Source: Candidatus Latescibacterota bacterium (GTDB lineage Bacteria > Latescibacterota > UBA2968). From it: a DNA stretch of 64,000 nucleotides. This document shows, piece after piece, positions 39,392-49,459 of this stretch. A model generated the notes under the pieces. The model had not been told where the DNA came from, made no database searches, and saw only the letters and a list, made by a program, of their open reading frames with translations. The stretch is taken from assembly GCA_965198115.1 (NCBI GenBank), contig OZ240241.1, positions 2,016,001-2,080,000 of the forward strand. The letters are read 5' to 3'. The translations under genes were made by a program, and so were the position numbers. Positions within the stretch are counted from its first letter, which is position 1. Every line of letters begins with the position of its first letter.

Positions 39392-40741
39392 TCACGTGAT
39401 CCGCCCGGCCTTGGAAACGCCGTCCCGCCACAGATCGTAGCGCGGATCCACGTAGCTTTCGAAGAACGCATCCAGTTCTTCGCGGAGAGGCGCGATGACG
39501 CCGTCGGATTCGGCTTCTGCCCGGTTCAGGCGTTCCCCCGGGTCCGACCTCATATCGTAAAGCTCGTCGGGACCGTCGGGATTCCGAACGGTATACTTCC
39601 ATCGGTCGGTCCGGATCATCCGAGTGTTTTCGAACTCGTGAAAGATCGTCCCCTGCCACGCGGCGGGCTTCCCTTCGAGCGCGTTCGCGTAGGATCTGCC
39701 CGGGCTTCGATCGAGCGCGAGATCGAGTTGCAGGTAGTCCCGCATCGACGGCAGGAAATCGTAGTTGCACGTCCTTCCGTCGAACACCGATCCACGCGGA
39801 ATCCTCGACGGATGTCGAAGAATCAGCGGGATGTGGATCGCTTCTTCGAATGTGTGAAGCGGTCTCGAGTGATCGCCCATCCCCCACATCCCGTGATGTC
39901 CACCGCACAACCCCTGGTCTGACGTAAAGATCACCAGCGTGTCTTCGGCCAGACCCAGACGATCCAACGAATCCATCAGCGTTCCCACGCCGTCGTCGAC
40001 ACCGCTCACCGCCGCTGCGTATCCCTTGATACTCACCTCGTTGTTGATGATGTGGCGGTTGTTGTAGAGCCACGGATGGACCTTTTCACGTGGAAAGCAC
40101 CTCAACGGCTTGTCTGCATAGTGATCGCTGTGCCGATTGACGTGGGGATGCGTCATCGACTCACCCAACCCATAGGGCCCGTTGTAGGCCACATACAGAA
40201 AAAACGGATCGTCTCGTCGGTGCTCCAGGAAGTGCACGGCGTGCGTCGTGATCGCATCGGTCACGTATCGCGGCTCCCGGTAGACGTCGCCTTTCCAAAT
40301 CATCTCGCTGTCGTAGAATTCCGAGGTGCTTCCTTTGGGCCGGGTGAACCAGTAGTCGAATCCCAGCTGGGGATTCAGGCTATCGCCCAGGTGCCATTTA
40401 CCCGACAGCCCGCACGAGTAGCCGGCAGAGTGAAGCCCGGCCGGCAGGTTTTCGAACTCGGCGATCGTGCAATAGGCGTCGGGCCCCATCTGTGCATCGG
40501 GCTTCTCGCCCCCCAGGTAGCAGTGCACGCCGTGCTGGGATGGAATCAGTCCGGTGAACCACGTGGCCCTGCTCGGCGAGCAGACGGAGTTGACACAGTA
40601 GGCGTTCGAAAACCGCGTTCCCTCCGACGCGAGACCGTCGATACGTGGCGTTCGGATGTCCTCGTTTCCGTAGCACCCGAGCGTCCACGCCCCCTGGTTG
40701 TCGGTCATGATCATGACCACATTCGGCCTGTCAGCGCTCAC
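39392..40741 (-). CDS. Sulfatase (formylglycine-dependent, S1)
   Basis: RPNVVMIMTD, CSPSR, GKWHLG and ELYDMRSDPGE motifs. Confidence 0.95.
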   Translation of the reverse strand: MSADRPNVVMIMTDNQGAWTLGCYGNEDIRTPRIDGLASEGTRFSNAYCVNSVCSPSRATWFTGLIPSQHGVHCYLGGEKPDAQMGPDAYCTIAEFENLPAGLHSAGYSCGLSGKWHLGDSLNPQLGFDYWFTRPKGSTSEFYDSEMIWKGDVYREPRYVTDAITTHAVHFLEHRRDDPFFLYVAYNGPYGLGESMTHPHVNRHSDHYADKPLRCFPREKVHPWLYNNRHIINNEVSIKGYAAAVSGVDDGVGTLMDSLDRLGLAEDTLVIFTSDQGLCGGHHGMWGMGDHSRPLHTFEEAIHIPLILRHPSRIPRGSVFDGRTCNYDFLPSMRDYLQLDLALDRSPGRSYANALEGKPAAWQGTIFHEFENTRMIRTDRWKYTVRNPDGPDELYDMRSDPGERLNRAEAESDGVIAPLREELDAFFESYVDPRYDLWRDGVSKAGRIT

Positions 40742-40756
40742 GTGTAGCCCATCCTG

Positions 40757-41536
40757 TCACTGTCGAACATCGACTCTTCCATACCAAACGCGCCGGGACT
40801 GAGACACGACTCGTAGACCCAGTTTTTTCAGAAGCGGGCCGGACGAGCGATCCTTGACCACGACGGCGCGTCGTGCCACCCGCACGGCTTCGTCCAATGT
40901 CTCCCGAGTCGGTGCGCCCTCGTAGGCGAGCAGACGCACCAGGTCGAGACCCTTGGAGTGAGCGAAAGTGGCCTCGAACATCGGATCGAAGTAGACGACA
41001 TCCCACGCATCCTCGTCCAGGGTCGGCAGATAACTTCGAGCATCGGCACAGACGATCGCGATTCGTTTCATTGCAAGGAGGAGGTCGTCGGCCAGGTGCT
41101 CGTAAGTTCGCGTGCCGTATCGCACGAGCGCGGCCAGGACGCGCGACCGTTCGATGGCACAGACCCGGCCGGACCGTCCCACCCGATGGGAGGCCACCGT
41201 CGCGTCGGCGCCCAGACCGCACGTGCAATCGAGAAACGACTCACCGGTGCGAAGACCCGACGCCTCGATCATCCGATCGCAGTCCCCGTGGACGAGGGTT
41301 CGGATCCGAGGCCTGGCCATGTTGGGATGAAACCGGAAAACACGACCCTCAACCACGAGCCGAATCTCGTGTTCGGCGACGACGATCACTCCGCCCATCC
41401 GGTCCTGATCGTCCGTCAGCTCGCGCAGGGCCCGCCGTTCACGCGTGACGAACGGACAGTGGAGCTCATCCGCGACGGCTCTCGCCGAACTCGTCAGGCG
41501 AGCGGTCTTCGGTGATGGCCGGCACGGCCACGACAG
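40757..41536 (-). CDS. Class I SAM-dependent methyltransferase, RsmJ/YpiP-like; true start uncertain
   Basis: FHPNMA..R, LDCTCGLGADA and DVVYFDPMF; frame is open upstream of Met 41398 (ARAVADELHCPFVTRERR). Confidence 0.8.
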   Translation of the reverse strand: MSWPCRPSPKTARLTSSARAVADELHCPFVTRERRALRELTDDQDRMGGVIVVAEHEIRLVVEGRVFRFHPNMARPRIRTLVHGDCDRMIEASGLRTGESFLDCTCGLGADATVASHRVGRSGRVCAIERSRVLAALVRYGTRTYEHLADDLLLAMKRIAIVCADARSYLPTLDEDAWDVVYFDPMFEATFAHSKGLDLVRLLAYEGAPTRETLDEAVRVARRAVVVKDRSSGPLLKKLGLRVVSQSRRVWYGRVDVRQ

Positions 41537-43826
41537 CTAGGCCCGCTCACGACGGCGTCGGGCGAGCCTGGCCCCCACGTCGATCGCGCAGAGCAGGTTC
41601 CCCTCTTTTGCGATCCCCTTGCCCGCGATGTCGAACGCGGTTCCGTGATCGACCGACGTGCGAACGATCGGCAACCCCAGGGTCACGTTCACGCCCGTGT
41701 CGAACGCCACGAGTTTGACCGGCGCGTGACCCTGGTCATGATACATCGCGACGACCCCGTCGTAGACCCCGTTATACGCCTTGAAGAAGGTCGTGTCGGC
41801 TGGCAACGGTCCTTCCACGCGCCACCCGGCCGACGTGGCTTGCTCGACAGCCGGCAGAATGATCTCCGAGTCCTCCGATCCGAACAAGCCATTCTCCCCC
41901 GCGTGCGGATTCAGACCTGTCACGGCGATCGTGGGATCGACGCGCCCCATCCCCTCGAGTGCCTCGCGGAGCAGCGTGATCGTGTCGAAAATGTCCTCCG
42001 TCCTGAGCGTCGAAGACACCTGATCCAATCCGATGTGACACGTCACGTGGGCGACGTTCAGCCGTTCGGACGCCAGCATCAGTCGCACCCGCTCCGCGCC
42101 CGACTTGTCGGCCAGCAACTCCGTGTGGCCCGGATACCGGTACCCGGCCAGATTCATGGCCTCCTTGTTGAGCGGTGCCGTCACGATTCCGTCGATGTCG
42201 TCGGCGACCGCCAGGTCGACCGCCTTGATGACCCATTCTGCGGCCGCACGACCCGCTTCACTCGACACTTCCCCCGTCCTGATCTGCCCACGATTCAAAT
42301 CGATCGGGTTGAGCACGTTAACTGTACCCCGCTCGAACCGAGCTTCACCTGGATGTTCAACGGATCGGATGCGTAGGTCGGCGCCGGCCCACCCGGCGGC
42401 CTGTTCCAACACGCCCGGGTCGCCGATCACCATCGGCCGGCACCGGGCATAGGCCTGGACTCCGGCCAGGGCCTTGGCGATGACTTCCGGCCCGACCCCG
42501 CACGGATCCCCCATCGTAATCGCGAGCAGCGGCAAACTTCGAACATCCGCCATCGGTATCTCCTTCTGAACAACACGCAGAAGCGCGTCACTCTCTCCGA
42601 GCGCTCCGCCCTTCGTCACGACCGTCAACCCATCGAAGGGTCCTCCGATCAGCTTACACACCGGCACCGCCGTTGCGACCTCCCCCAAAATCTGCGACGA
42701 CGTCGCCCCGAGCGCACGAGCGACCGAAATCGCCGTCCATCCTCCCGTCACGACCAGCGTCGCTGGCCGAAAAGCCGATAGCACGCGTTGGGCCACTTCC
42801 GCCAGCAGGGCGATCCCGTCTCCGGCATCGTCGCTGTGAAGTCCCGAGTGAAGCCCCACGAGCGAGATCACGGCGTCACCGCCGGCCTCGAGCTGCGCCG
42901 TCACCTCGTTCACGACCCTGGGTGCGTGAGGACGCGCCCAGGCGAATGGCGCGGAATCGACGTGAACCTCCCACTCGTGCGTGTGCCCGTCGGCTTTGAG
43001 GACGGACACCTGATCGCGCGTCGTCGATTCGTTCGTTCCGACGATCATCAACGTTGGCCCGGCGATCCACGGGTTCGACGGTGTTCGCTCCTGCGCGAGC
43101 CCATAGGCCTGGGGAACGTGGGCGGCCAACCCGGCGAACCCACACAGAATCGGGCCGGGGGTCAACCGGGCACACGCCTCCGCCAGAATCTCCAGATCCG
43201 ATTCCGCCGCCGCGTCTGCCACGATGATCGTCGTATCGACACCGCGGACGGCCTCGATCGTGACCGACACGTGGTCGACGCCCCGGGCAACCGTCTCGAG
43301 CGAGAGTGTGTGGATCGCGCACGGGGCTTCCGATTCGAGCAGATGCGGCAGGTAGGATCCCCGAACGGGCGCCCCGGCATCGTGACCGACTTCGGTTCGT
43401 TCAACGGGCACGCCGTGGACGAGGTGGTAGCCACCGACCGTCACGCGTCCCGCACAGGGAAAGGCCGGGGCGACCACACACAGGTTCCGGTCGAAGACGC
43501 GCATGACCGCGCGAATCTCGGTGCCGAGGTGGCCACGCAAGGCCGAGTCGACCTTTTTGTAGATCAGCCTCGGCCTCAGCCGGTCGAACCGGGCCATCGC
43601 ATCCATTCACGCGCTGCTCTGCGATAATCCTGGATGCGTTCCGCGTTTCCGTGTCGACGACGAGCGCATCGACATCGGTTAGGTCCATCTCGCCACCCAG
43701 GTAGACGCGGGTGCGCAAGCCTGACTTGGCAAAGGCGAGGCCCGTGTCGCAGGCGCCGGTAAAGTCGTCGGCCGGCACGATCACACGAACCGCTTCCGCG
43801 TGCCCGTCGATCGTTTCATCCCCCAT
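41537..43826 (-). CDS. pdxA: Four-carbon acid sugar kinase (DUF1537/DtnK-like) in frame with PdxA-family dehydrogenase (PdxA2); frameshift at ~43607
   Basis: ADDFTGACD, YKKVDSALRG, PAFP..GR and TKGG; then ITMGDPCGVGPE, TAPLNKE, GHTE, NPHAGE, MYHDQG and RTSVDHGTAFDIAG. Confidence 0.88.
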
Positions 43827-43920
43827 CGGTCACCTCTCTCCAGTCGCCGATCGTTGCTCCCCTCTCAAACGTGCGCCATATTATCGGGAAATCCGGCCAC
43901 ACGCAAACCAGAGGATCCTG

Positions 43921-44619
43921 ATGGATGAGAAGGCCACGTTCGTCCAGACTCTTTTCGCGGGTATCCCTGCCGAATACGATCGATTGCTCGGGCTGCTGAC
44001 GTTCGGTCAGGACGGAAGATGGCGAAGAGTCGCGATCGACGCGGCCGACGTGATCCCGGGGTCGAACGTGCTCGACCTGGCCACGGGCACGGGCGTCTTC
44101 GCGTTCGAATGGGTCGATCGATGCAAGGTCGAGGTCGCCGCCCTGGACATTACACCAGCGATGTTGCATCACGCCCGATCCGTTCGATTGTCGCGCGAAG
44201 TCCGTCCCTCCGTGCGCTTCGTCGGCGGACGAACCGAGTCCCTGCCTTTCGCGAACGATCAGTTCGACGTCGTCAGCATCGGGCTGGCTTTGCGCAACCT
44301 AACGGACCTTCCGGCGTCCTTTCAGGAGATGGCACGCGTGCTTAGACCGGGCGGTCGTGTCGTCTCGATCGACTTTACGCGTCCGCACAGACTGTTGCGT
44401 CGCGTTTATTATCCTTACCTCTGTCGGGGGTTGCCAGCTATCGGGCGGGCCATTTCACCCGAGTGGGACGACACGTTCGAATATCTCTGGCGTTCCATCC
44501 TCAGGTTTCACGAGGTTGCCCACGTCGTCGACGCGCTCGGAGCGGCCGGATTCCGCGATATCACCGCTCGCCCGTTGACCGGGGGAATCGCCACGCTGAT
44601 CGTGGGCACTCACCCGTGA
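43921..44619 (+). CDS. UbiE/MenG-family quinone methyltransferase
   Basis: F..IPAEYDRL..LLTFGQDGRWRR, VLDLATGTG, EMARVLRPGG and LTGGIA motifs. Confidence 0.88.
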   Translation: MDEKATFVQTLFAGIPAEYDRLLGLLTFGQDGRWRRVAIDAADVIPGSNVLDLATGTGVFAFEWVDRCKVEVAALDITPAMLHHARSVRLSREVRPSVRFVGGRTESLPFANDQFDVVSIGLALRNLTDLPASFQEMARVLRPGGRVVSIDFTRPHRLLRRVYYPYLCRGLPAIGRAISPEWDDTFEYLWRSILRFHEVAHVVDALGAAGFRDITARPLTGGIATLIVGTHP

Positions 44620-45902
44620 AGACGGGAGCCTGGTATGCGTCGCGTGGCGGCCCTCTTCGCGATCTCTGGACGTTGCTGCACCCACCCTACACGTCTATGG
44701 TTCTGGCCTACGTGACTCTGGGAGCGGCTTTGTCCGACCGGTTCGATCCTCTGCGGTGGGGCTGCCTCCTCCTCGCCTACTTTCTGGGTCTCGGCTGCGC
44801 TGCTCATTTTTTGGATGAGGCAAGGGGTCATCCCTGGGGAACAGGGTTCAGCACACGTCGTCTTCTCGTTTTGGCGGCCCTTACGTTGCTGACAGCCGTC
44901 GGCATCGGCGTCTACCTCGCGTGGACCTTCTATCTCGGATTTCTCGTGTTCGTCGCGGCCGAAACCTTCTTCGCCTTCGCCTACAATCTGGAATGGTTTT
45001 CCGGCAGGTTCCACACCGACGCCTGGTTCGCCGTCAGCTGGGCCGCACTTCCCTTCCTCGCCTCCTTCTACGTTCAAGATGGGGACCTACCCGTCTGGTC
45101 GATCGCCGTCGCGGGTGCGCTCGCGTCGACAGCCGCCGTGCAGATCTCGCTCAGTCGCTGGGTCAAGGGGTATCGTCGTGGCCCCTCCCTCGTGGCTCTC
45201 ACCGACGTTCGGGGAACTCGAAACATCTCGACGCAAGAAATGATCGAGCGACCCCAGCGCGCCTTGAGATTCATCGTATGGTCCGTCGACCTGCTCGCGG
45301 TGGGCCTCGTCCTCAAGCGAATCCTGCCTCCGCTGATCGTGTTCGGCCTGCTCACGGCCTCCCCGGACATCCTGGCACAGGAAAAGCCCAACGTCACCAC
45401 CAGAAAGGTCGGAGCCGAGTATCGCGTGAAGGGATCCTTGAGGGTGCCCGTTGAGAACCACGCGGTCTGGGATGCCCTCACGGATTACGATCGGCTGGCA
45501 ACGTTCGTCGAACCCCTCACGCGGAGTCGGACGCTCGAAGTCAACGACGACGACTCGAGACTCGTCGAACAGATTTCGTTCGTTAAAGTGTTGTTCATTA
45601 AGCGAGAGTCTCGCGTGGTTCTGCTGATGAAGGAATTTCCAAAAACTCGAATCGTCAGCGCGCTCGTCGAGGGAGATTTCATCACCTACCACGCCGAGTG
45701 GGAGCTGAGCGACACACGAGAAGCGAACGGGAAAGAAAGCTGTGTGCTCGGTCTGGAAATGAAAGTCAGACCCAAGATGACAGGACCGGCCTGGATCGAG
45801 AAGAGGCTTCTCAAGAGCGGTGTCGAAAAGACGTTGACGGGCATCCGCGACGAGGCTGTACGCCGGGCACGTGGCTGGGCAAATAAACAGAACGAACCGT
45901 AA
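44616..45902 (+). CDS. UbiA-like membrane domain fused to SRPBCC/polyketide-cyclase (START) domain
   Basis: GTGA overlap with methyltransferase gene; LLHPPYT, AAHFLDE..G.PWGT and AYNLE..GRFHTD; C-terminal VWDALTDYDRL..F and GDF..Y..EW. Confidence 0.65.
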   Translation: MKTGAWYASRGGPLRDLWTLLHPPYTSMVLAYVTLGAALSDRFDPLRWGCLLLAYFLGLGCAAHFLDEARGHPWGTGFSTRRLLVLAALTLLTAVGIGVYLAWTFYLGFLVFVAAETFFAFAYNLEWFSGRFHTDAWFAVSWAALPFLASFYVQDGDLPVWSIAVAGALASTAAVQISLSRWVKGYRRGPSLVALTDVRGTRNISTQEMIERPQRALRFIVWSVDLLAVGLVLKRILPPLIVFGLLTASPDILAQEKPNVTTRKVGAEYRVKGSLRVPVENHAVWDALTDYDRLATFVEPLTRSRTLEVNDDDSRLVEQISFVKVLFIKRESRVVLLMKEFPKTRIVSALVEGDFITYHAEWELSDTREANGKESCVLGLEMKVRPKMTGPAWIEKRLLKSGVEKTLTGIRDEAVRRARGWANKQNEP

Positions 45903-46006
45903 CGGGGTATAATCTCTTAACACGTGGACCCGATCTTCCGACCTCATTGCGTGGCCGGGAGGCGCGTCATCGTCGTGCCCGTCTCCGGTGAAAGGTAAAA
46001 TGAAGA

Positions 46007-46038
46007 ACGCGCGACAGTCACCCGTCGCGCGTCGTTTG
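46007..46038 (+). terminator. Hairpin between convergent units
   Basis: acgcgcgac-agtcaccc-gtcgcgcgt followed by cgttt. Confidence 0.5.
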
Positions 46039-46087
46039 CCCCTACATCCACCTCTCCTCTAACCCTCCCTACCGACTCATCTCACCC

Positions 46088-49000
46088 TCAATCGTCGTTG
46101 TCCGCCAACCCGACGAGTGCCTCTTCCTGCCCGGGTGCCGCGAAGGCACCGTGCGCAAGACGACGCAGCGCCAGCCGGAAGTCATCGAACAGCGTGTAGA
46201 AAATCGGGACGACCACGAGCGTCAGGAACGTCGATGAGATGAGGCCCCCCATCATCGTTCGGCCCAGCGGGGCGATCGGCATGCCCATCATATTGGCGAC
46301 ACTGACCGCCATCGGAATCAGCCCGAAGACGGTCGTGAATGTCGTCATCAGGATCGGCCGATAGCGATTATGACCCGCCTCCAGGATGGCCGTCATTCTG
46401 TCCGTACCGTCCTCCCGAAGCCGGTTGATCATATCGACGAGGACGATGGCATTGTTCACGACGACCCCGATCAACACCACACATCCCATACTGGCCATAT
46501 CGTCCATCTTCGTGTCGGTCAGGTAGAGCGTCCAGTAGACCCCGAAGAACGCCAACGGAATCGACAGGATCACCGAGAAGGGCAGAATAACCGACTCGAA
46601 CAGGACGCCCATCAGCAGGAACACGAACGTCACCGCCATCAGGATGGCGAAAATCATCTCGTCTTTCTTCTCGCGCAGTTTCGAGTAGTGCTCGCCCTTG
46701 TCCCAGGAGTAGCCGCGAGGCATCGAGAAGCCCGCCATCACCTGGTTGATCTGTGTGTAGAACTCGTCGATATCGTCTTTTGTCGCTGTGACCTTGATCC
46801 GAAGCTTCATACGTCCATCCTCGCGCCGAATCGTGCCGCTCCCCTTCGAAATCTTGAAATCCGAGAAGGATGCGAGCGGTACAGCCTCTCCCTCGGGTGT
46901 CTTGAACAGGTAACTCTTCAATTGCATCAATGTCTGACGGTCCTGTTCGGCCAGTTGAAGTCGAACCGCGATCTCCCTCTCGTCGACCTGAAGACGGTTG
47001 AGATGGGCGCCCTCGACAAGATAGCTGATGCTACGCCCGATCTCAGCCGGAGAAAAACCGAGTCGTCTTGCCTGCTCGCGATGGACCGTTACCTGGACCT
47101 CGCTCGCTCCTCGCTCCAGATCCGTTTCGGTGCTCAGGATCGACGGAATCCGCCTGATCCGTCGTTCGGCCTCCTCCAGCAACCCGGCCAGCGTCTCGAA
47201 GTCCTCACCGTAGAAATTCACATCGACCCCGGCATCCTCGCGCGAGAATCGCTTCTGAACCGACAGCTTAACCCCCACATACTCGGGCATGATTTCGTTC
47301 ATATCTTCGATGACCATCTTTCGGTCCATCCGGCCATCGACTGGATACCCGATGTAGGCCCGCGTGTTTCGGTAGATCTGGTTCCACCACTCCTGATTGG
47401 GTGGATGGTGCAGGAAGACGATGACTTGCCCGTAGTCGTCGTCGTACCAGGTTCGAATCGTGCGAATGTCGTAAGCTTCGCGCTTGGGCTCCAAGATCTC
47501 CTCGATCCCAGTCATCACCGAATCCATCATATCGAAACCGAAGAAGTTCGGCCCGTCGACTCGGATGCGAACTATGTTCTGACTGGCATCCCAGCTGCTG
47601 CCACGGCCACCCGACTTGATGTTCTCCATCGGGTAGAGGGCGGTTGCAGAGATGGCCAGTACGAGAATAATCGCGTCTCGGCGATGGTTGAGGCACCACT
47701 CCAGCGCCCGCAGGTAGACCACCCTCGTTCGCTGCACTGTCTTGGGTTCCTTGCCCACGCGCGCATCGCCGAACCGTTTGGCGGCGACGGGGATAAACAA
47801 GAGGGCGACGAACAGGGACCCGAGCAGCGAGAAAACGACGGGCAGTCCCATTTTGGAAAGGTAGAAGCTCGTCCGGGCGCTTCCGCTCATCAGCATCAGC
47901 GGGAGAAAGACGACGACTGTCGTCAGCGTGGCCATCGTGATGGCCAACCCCACCTCGCTCGCTCCCACGATCGACGCACGATGGGGGTCTTGTCCCTTCG
48001 CTCTGAGCCTGTAGATGTTCTCGACGATCACGATCGCGTTGTCCACGACCATCCCGACGCCCACCATCAGGCCCATCATCGTCATCGAGTTGAGCGACCA
48101 ATCGAGCAAGTAGATCCCCAGCAGCGCGATCATGACGCAGAGGGGGATGGACAACGTGATCAGTGCCGTCATCCGGATTGTCTGGAGGAAGTAGAGCAGA
48201 ACGGTAGCCGCGAACAAACCGCCCCAGATCCCCGTGTTCCGGAGGTTGGCCATCGACCGCTCGACGATCTCCCCCTGGTTGAAAAACACGTCGAACCGGG
48301 TCCCCGTGCGGTCCGCGATCTCGTCGAGCGCAGCGGACGCACGATTGCACACGTCGACGATGTTCTCACCGGATTCCCTGAAGATTCCGATGGCGATCGC
48401 ACTCTTCCCGTTGATCTTCTGCACCCACATTCGCTTGCGCGCACGATAGGTCACGTTCGCGATGTCCTTCACACGGATGTCGACGAAATCCGGCGGGGAG
48501 CGAAGGCCGCTGCCCTCCCGTTCCACTGCCCGGGCGGACGGCAGACGCTCACCCGACTCCAGCACCTGACCTCCGACGCGTGCAGATGGGAATCGGAGGG
48601 GAATGTTGGCGATCTCCTCGAGCGACCGGTAGTGCGCGGTCGACCGCACGAAATACTTCTTTCCGCCTTCCCGTACGAAACCGCCCGAGAGGGCGAAGTT
48701 GTCCTGCCTCAGGGTCTGTAGAAGCTGGAAGTGGTTGATCCCTCGCGTCTGCATCTTCTGGTTGTCGAGCTCGATCATCACCTCGCGTCTGGGCGTGCCC
48801 CAGACCCCCACCCGAGCCACCCCCTTGAGCCGCTCCAGGTGTCGTCGAATATGAATATCGGCGAACTCACGCGGTTCCCCGACGCCGTCGGGCAACTGGA
48901 CCCCAACCCACATCACCTCCCAGTCCGTCTCCTGGTTGAACTTCCACAGGAAAACGAAATCTCGAACTTCCTCCGGTAAATCCAGCTTGGCTCGTTCCAG

Positions 49001-49381
49001 ACGGTCCATCATCTGGTTGTAGGCGAGATCGAGGTCGATGTCCTGACGGAACTCCAGACCCAGCCACAGCCCCCACTGCGTGGAGCTGGAAGCACGGATC
49101 CTCCGGTATCCCTTGACGGTGCGGAGGTGCTCTTCGATCGGTCGTCGGATGTTCCTGTCGACCTCCTGGGGCGACGTGCCGCGGCGATCGACGCCCACAT
49201 AAAGCCAGCGCCACTCCCACCCGGACGGAAACGCCTGAACGGACAGCCGCGAGTAAGCCACGGCGCCCACGACCAGGAGGGCAACCAGACACATCGTCAC
49301 CGTCACCGGTCGAGTCACCGAAATGCGCGGTAGGAACGAGTCCTGTCTCGCGGACGGTTCGGGGTGCTTCAGCTCATCCAA
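46088..49381 (-). CDS. RND efflux permease (AcrB/HAE1 family)
   Basis: RPVTVTM, GMVVDNAIVIVENI, GVVVNNAIVLVD and RYRPILMTT motifs. Confidence 0.95.
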   Translation of the reverse strand: MDELKHPEPSARQDSFLPRISVTRPVTVTMCLVALLVVGAVAYSRLSVQAFPSGWEWRWLYVGVDRRGTSPQEVDRNIRRPIEEHLRTVKGYRRIRASSSTQWGLWLGLEFRQDIDLDLAYNQMMDRLERAKLDLPEEVRDFVFLWKFNQETDWEVMWVGVQLPDGVGEPREFADIHIRRHLERLKGVARVGVWGTPRREVMIELDNQKMQTRGINHFQLLQTLRQDNFALSGGFVREGGKKYFVRSTAHYRSLEEIANIPLRFPSARVGGQVLESGERLPSARAVEREGSGLRSPPDFVDIRVKDIANVTYRARKRMWVQKINGKSAIAIGIFRESGENIVDVCNRASAALDEIADRTGTRFDVFFNQGEIVERSMANLRNTGIWGGLFAATVLLYFLQTIRMTALITLSIPLCVMIALLGIYLLDWSLNSMTMMGLMVGVGMVVDNAIVIVENIYRLRAKGQDPHRASIVGASEVGLAITMATLTTVVVFLPLMLMSGSARTSFYLSKMGLPVVFSLLGSLFVALLFIPVAAKRFGDARVGKEPKTVQRTRVVYLRALEWCLNHRRDAIILVLAISATALYPMENIKSGGRGSSWDASQNIVRIRVDGPNFFGFDMMDSVMTGIEEILEPKREAYDIRTIRTWYDDDYGQVIVFLHHPPNQEWWNQIYRNTRAYIGYPVDGRMDRKMVIEDMNEIMPEYVGVKLSVQKRFSREDAGVDVNFYGEDFETLAGLLEEAERRIRRIPSILSTETDLERGASEVQVTVHREQARRLGFSPAEIGRSISYLVEGAHLNRLQVDEREIAVRLQLAEQDRQTLMQLKSYLFKTPEGEAVPLASFSDFKISKGSGTIRREDGRMKLRIKVTATKDDIDEFYTQINQVMAGFSMPRGYSWDKGEHYSKLREKKDEMIFAILMAVTFVFLLMGVLFESVILPFSVILSIPLAFFGVYWTLYLTDTKMDDMASMGCVVLIGVVVNNAIVLVDMINRLREDGTDRMTAILEAGHNRYRPILMTTFTTVFGLIPMAVSVANMMGMPIAPLGRTMMGGLISSTFLTLVVVPIFYTLFDDFRLALRRLAHGAFAAPGQEEALVGLADNDD

Positions 49382-49459
49382 GGGCGAAAACCTCTGATGT
49401 GGGTGTGTGAACGGACGTCTCCACAGATAAGACCGTCCGACCCCTCTCCAAGTTACACA

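Noticed and set aside
46370-48721. 783-aa plus-strand ORF and similar long ORFs (49364..50797, 61059..63038, 12805..13842, 54673..55869)
   Set aside because: Antisense shadows of well-supported genes in GC-rich DNA, with no recognisable motifs
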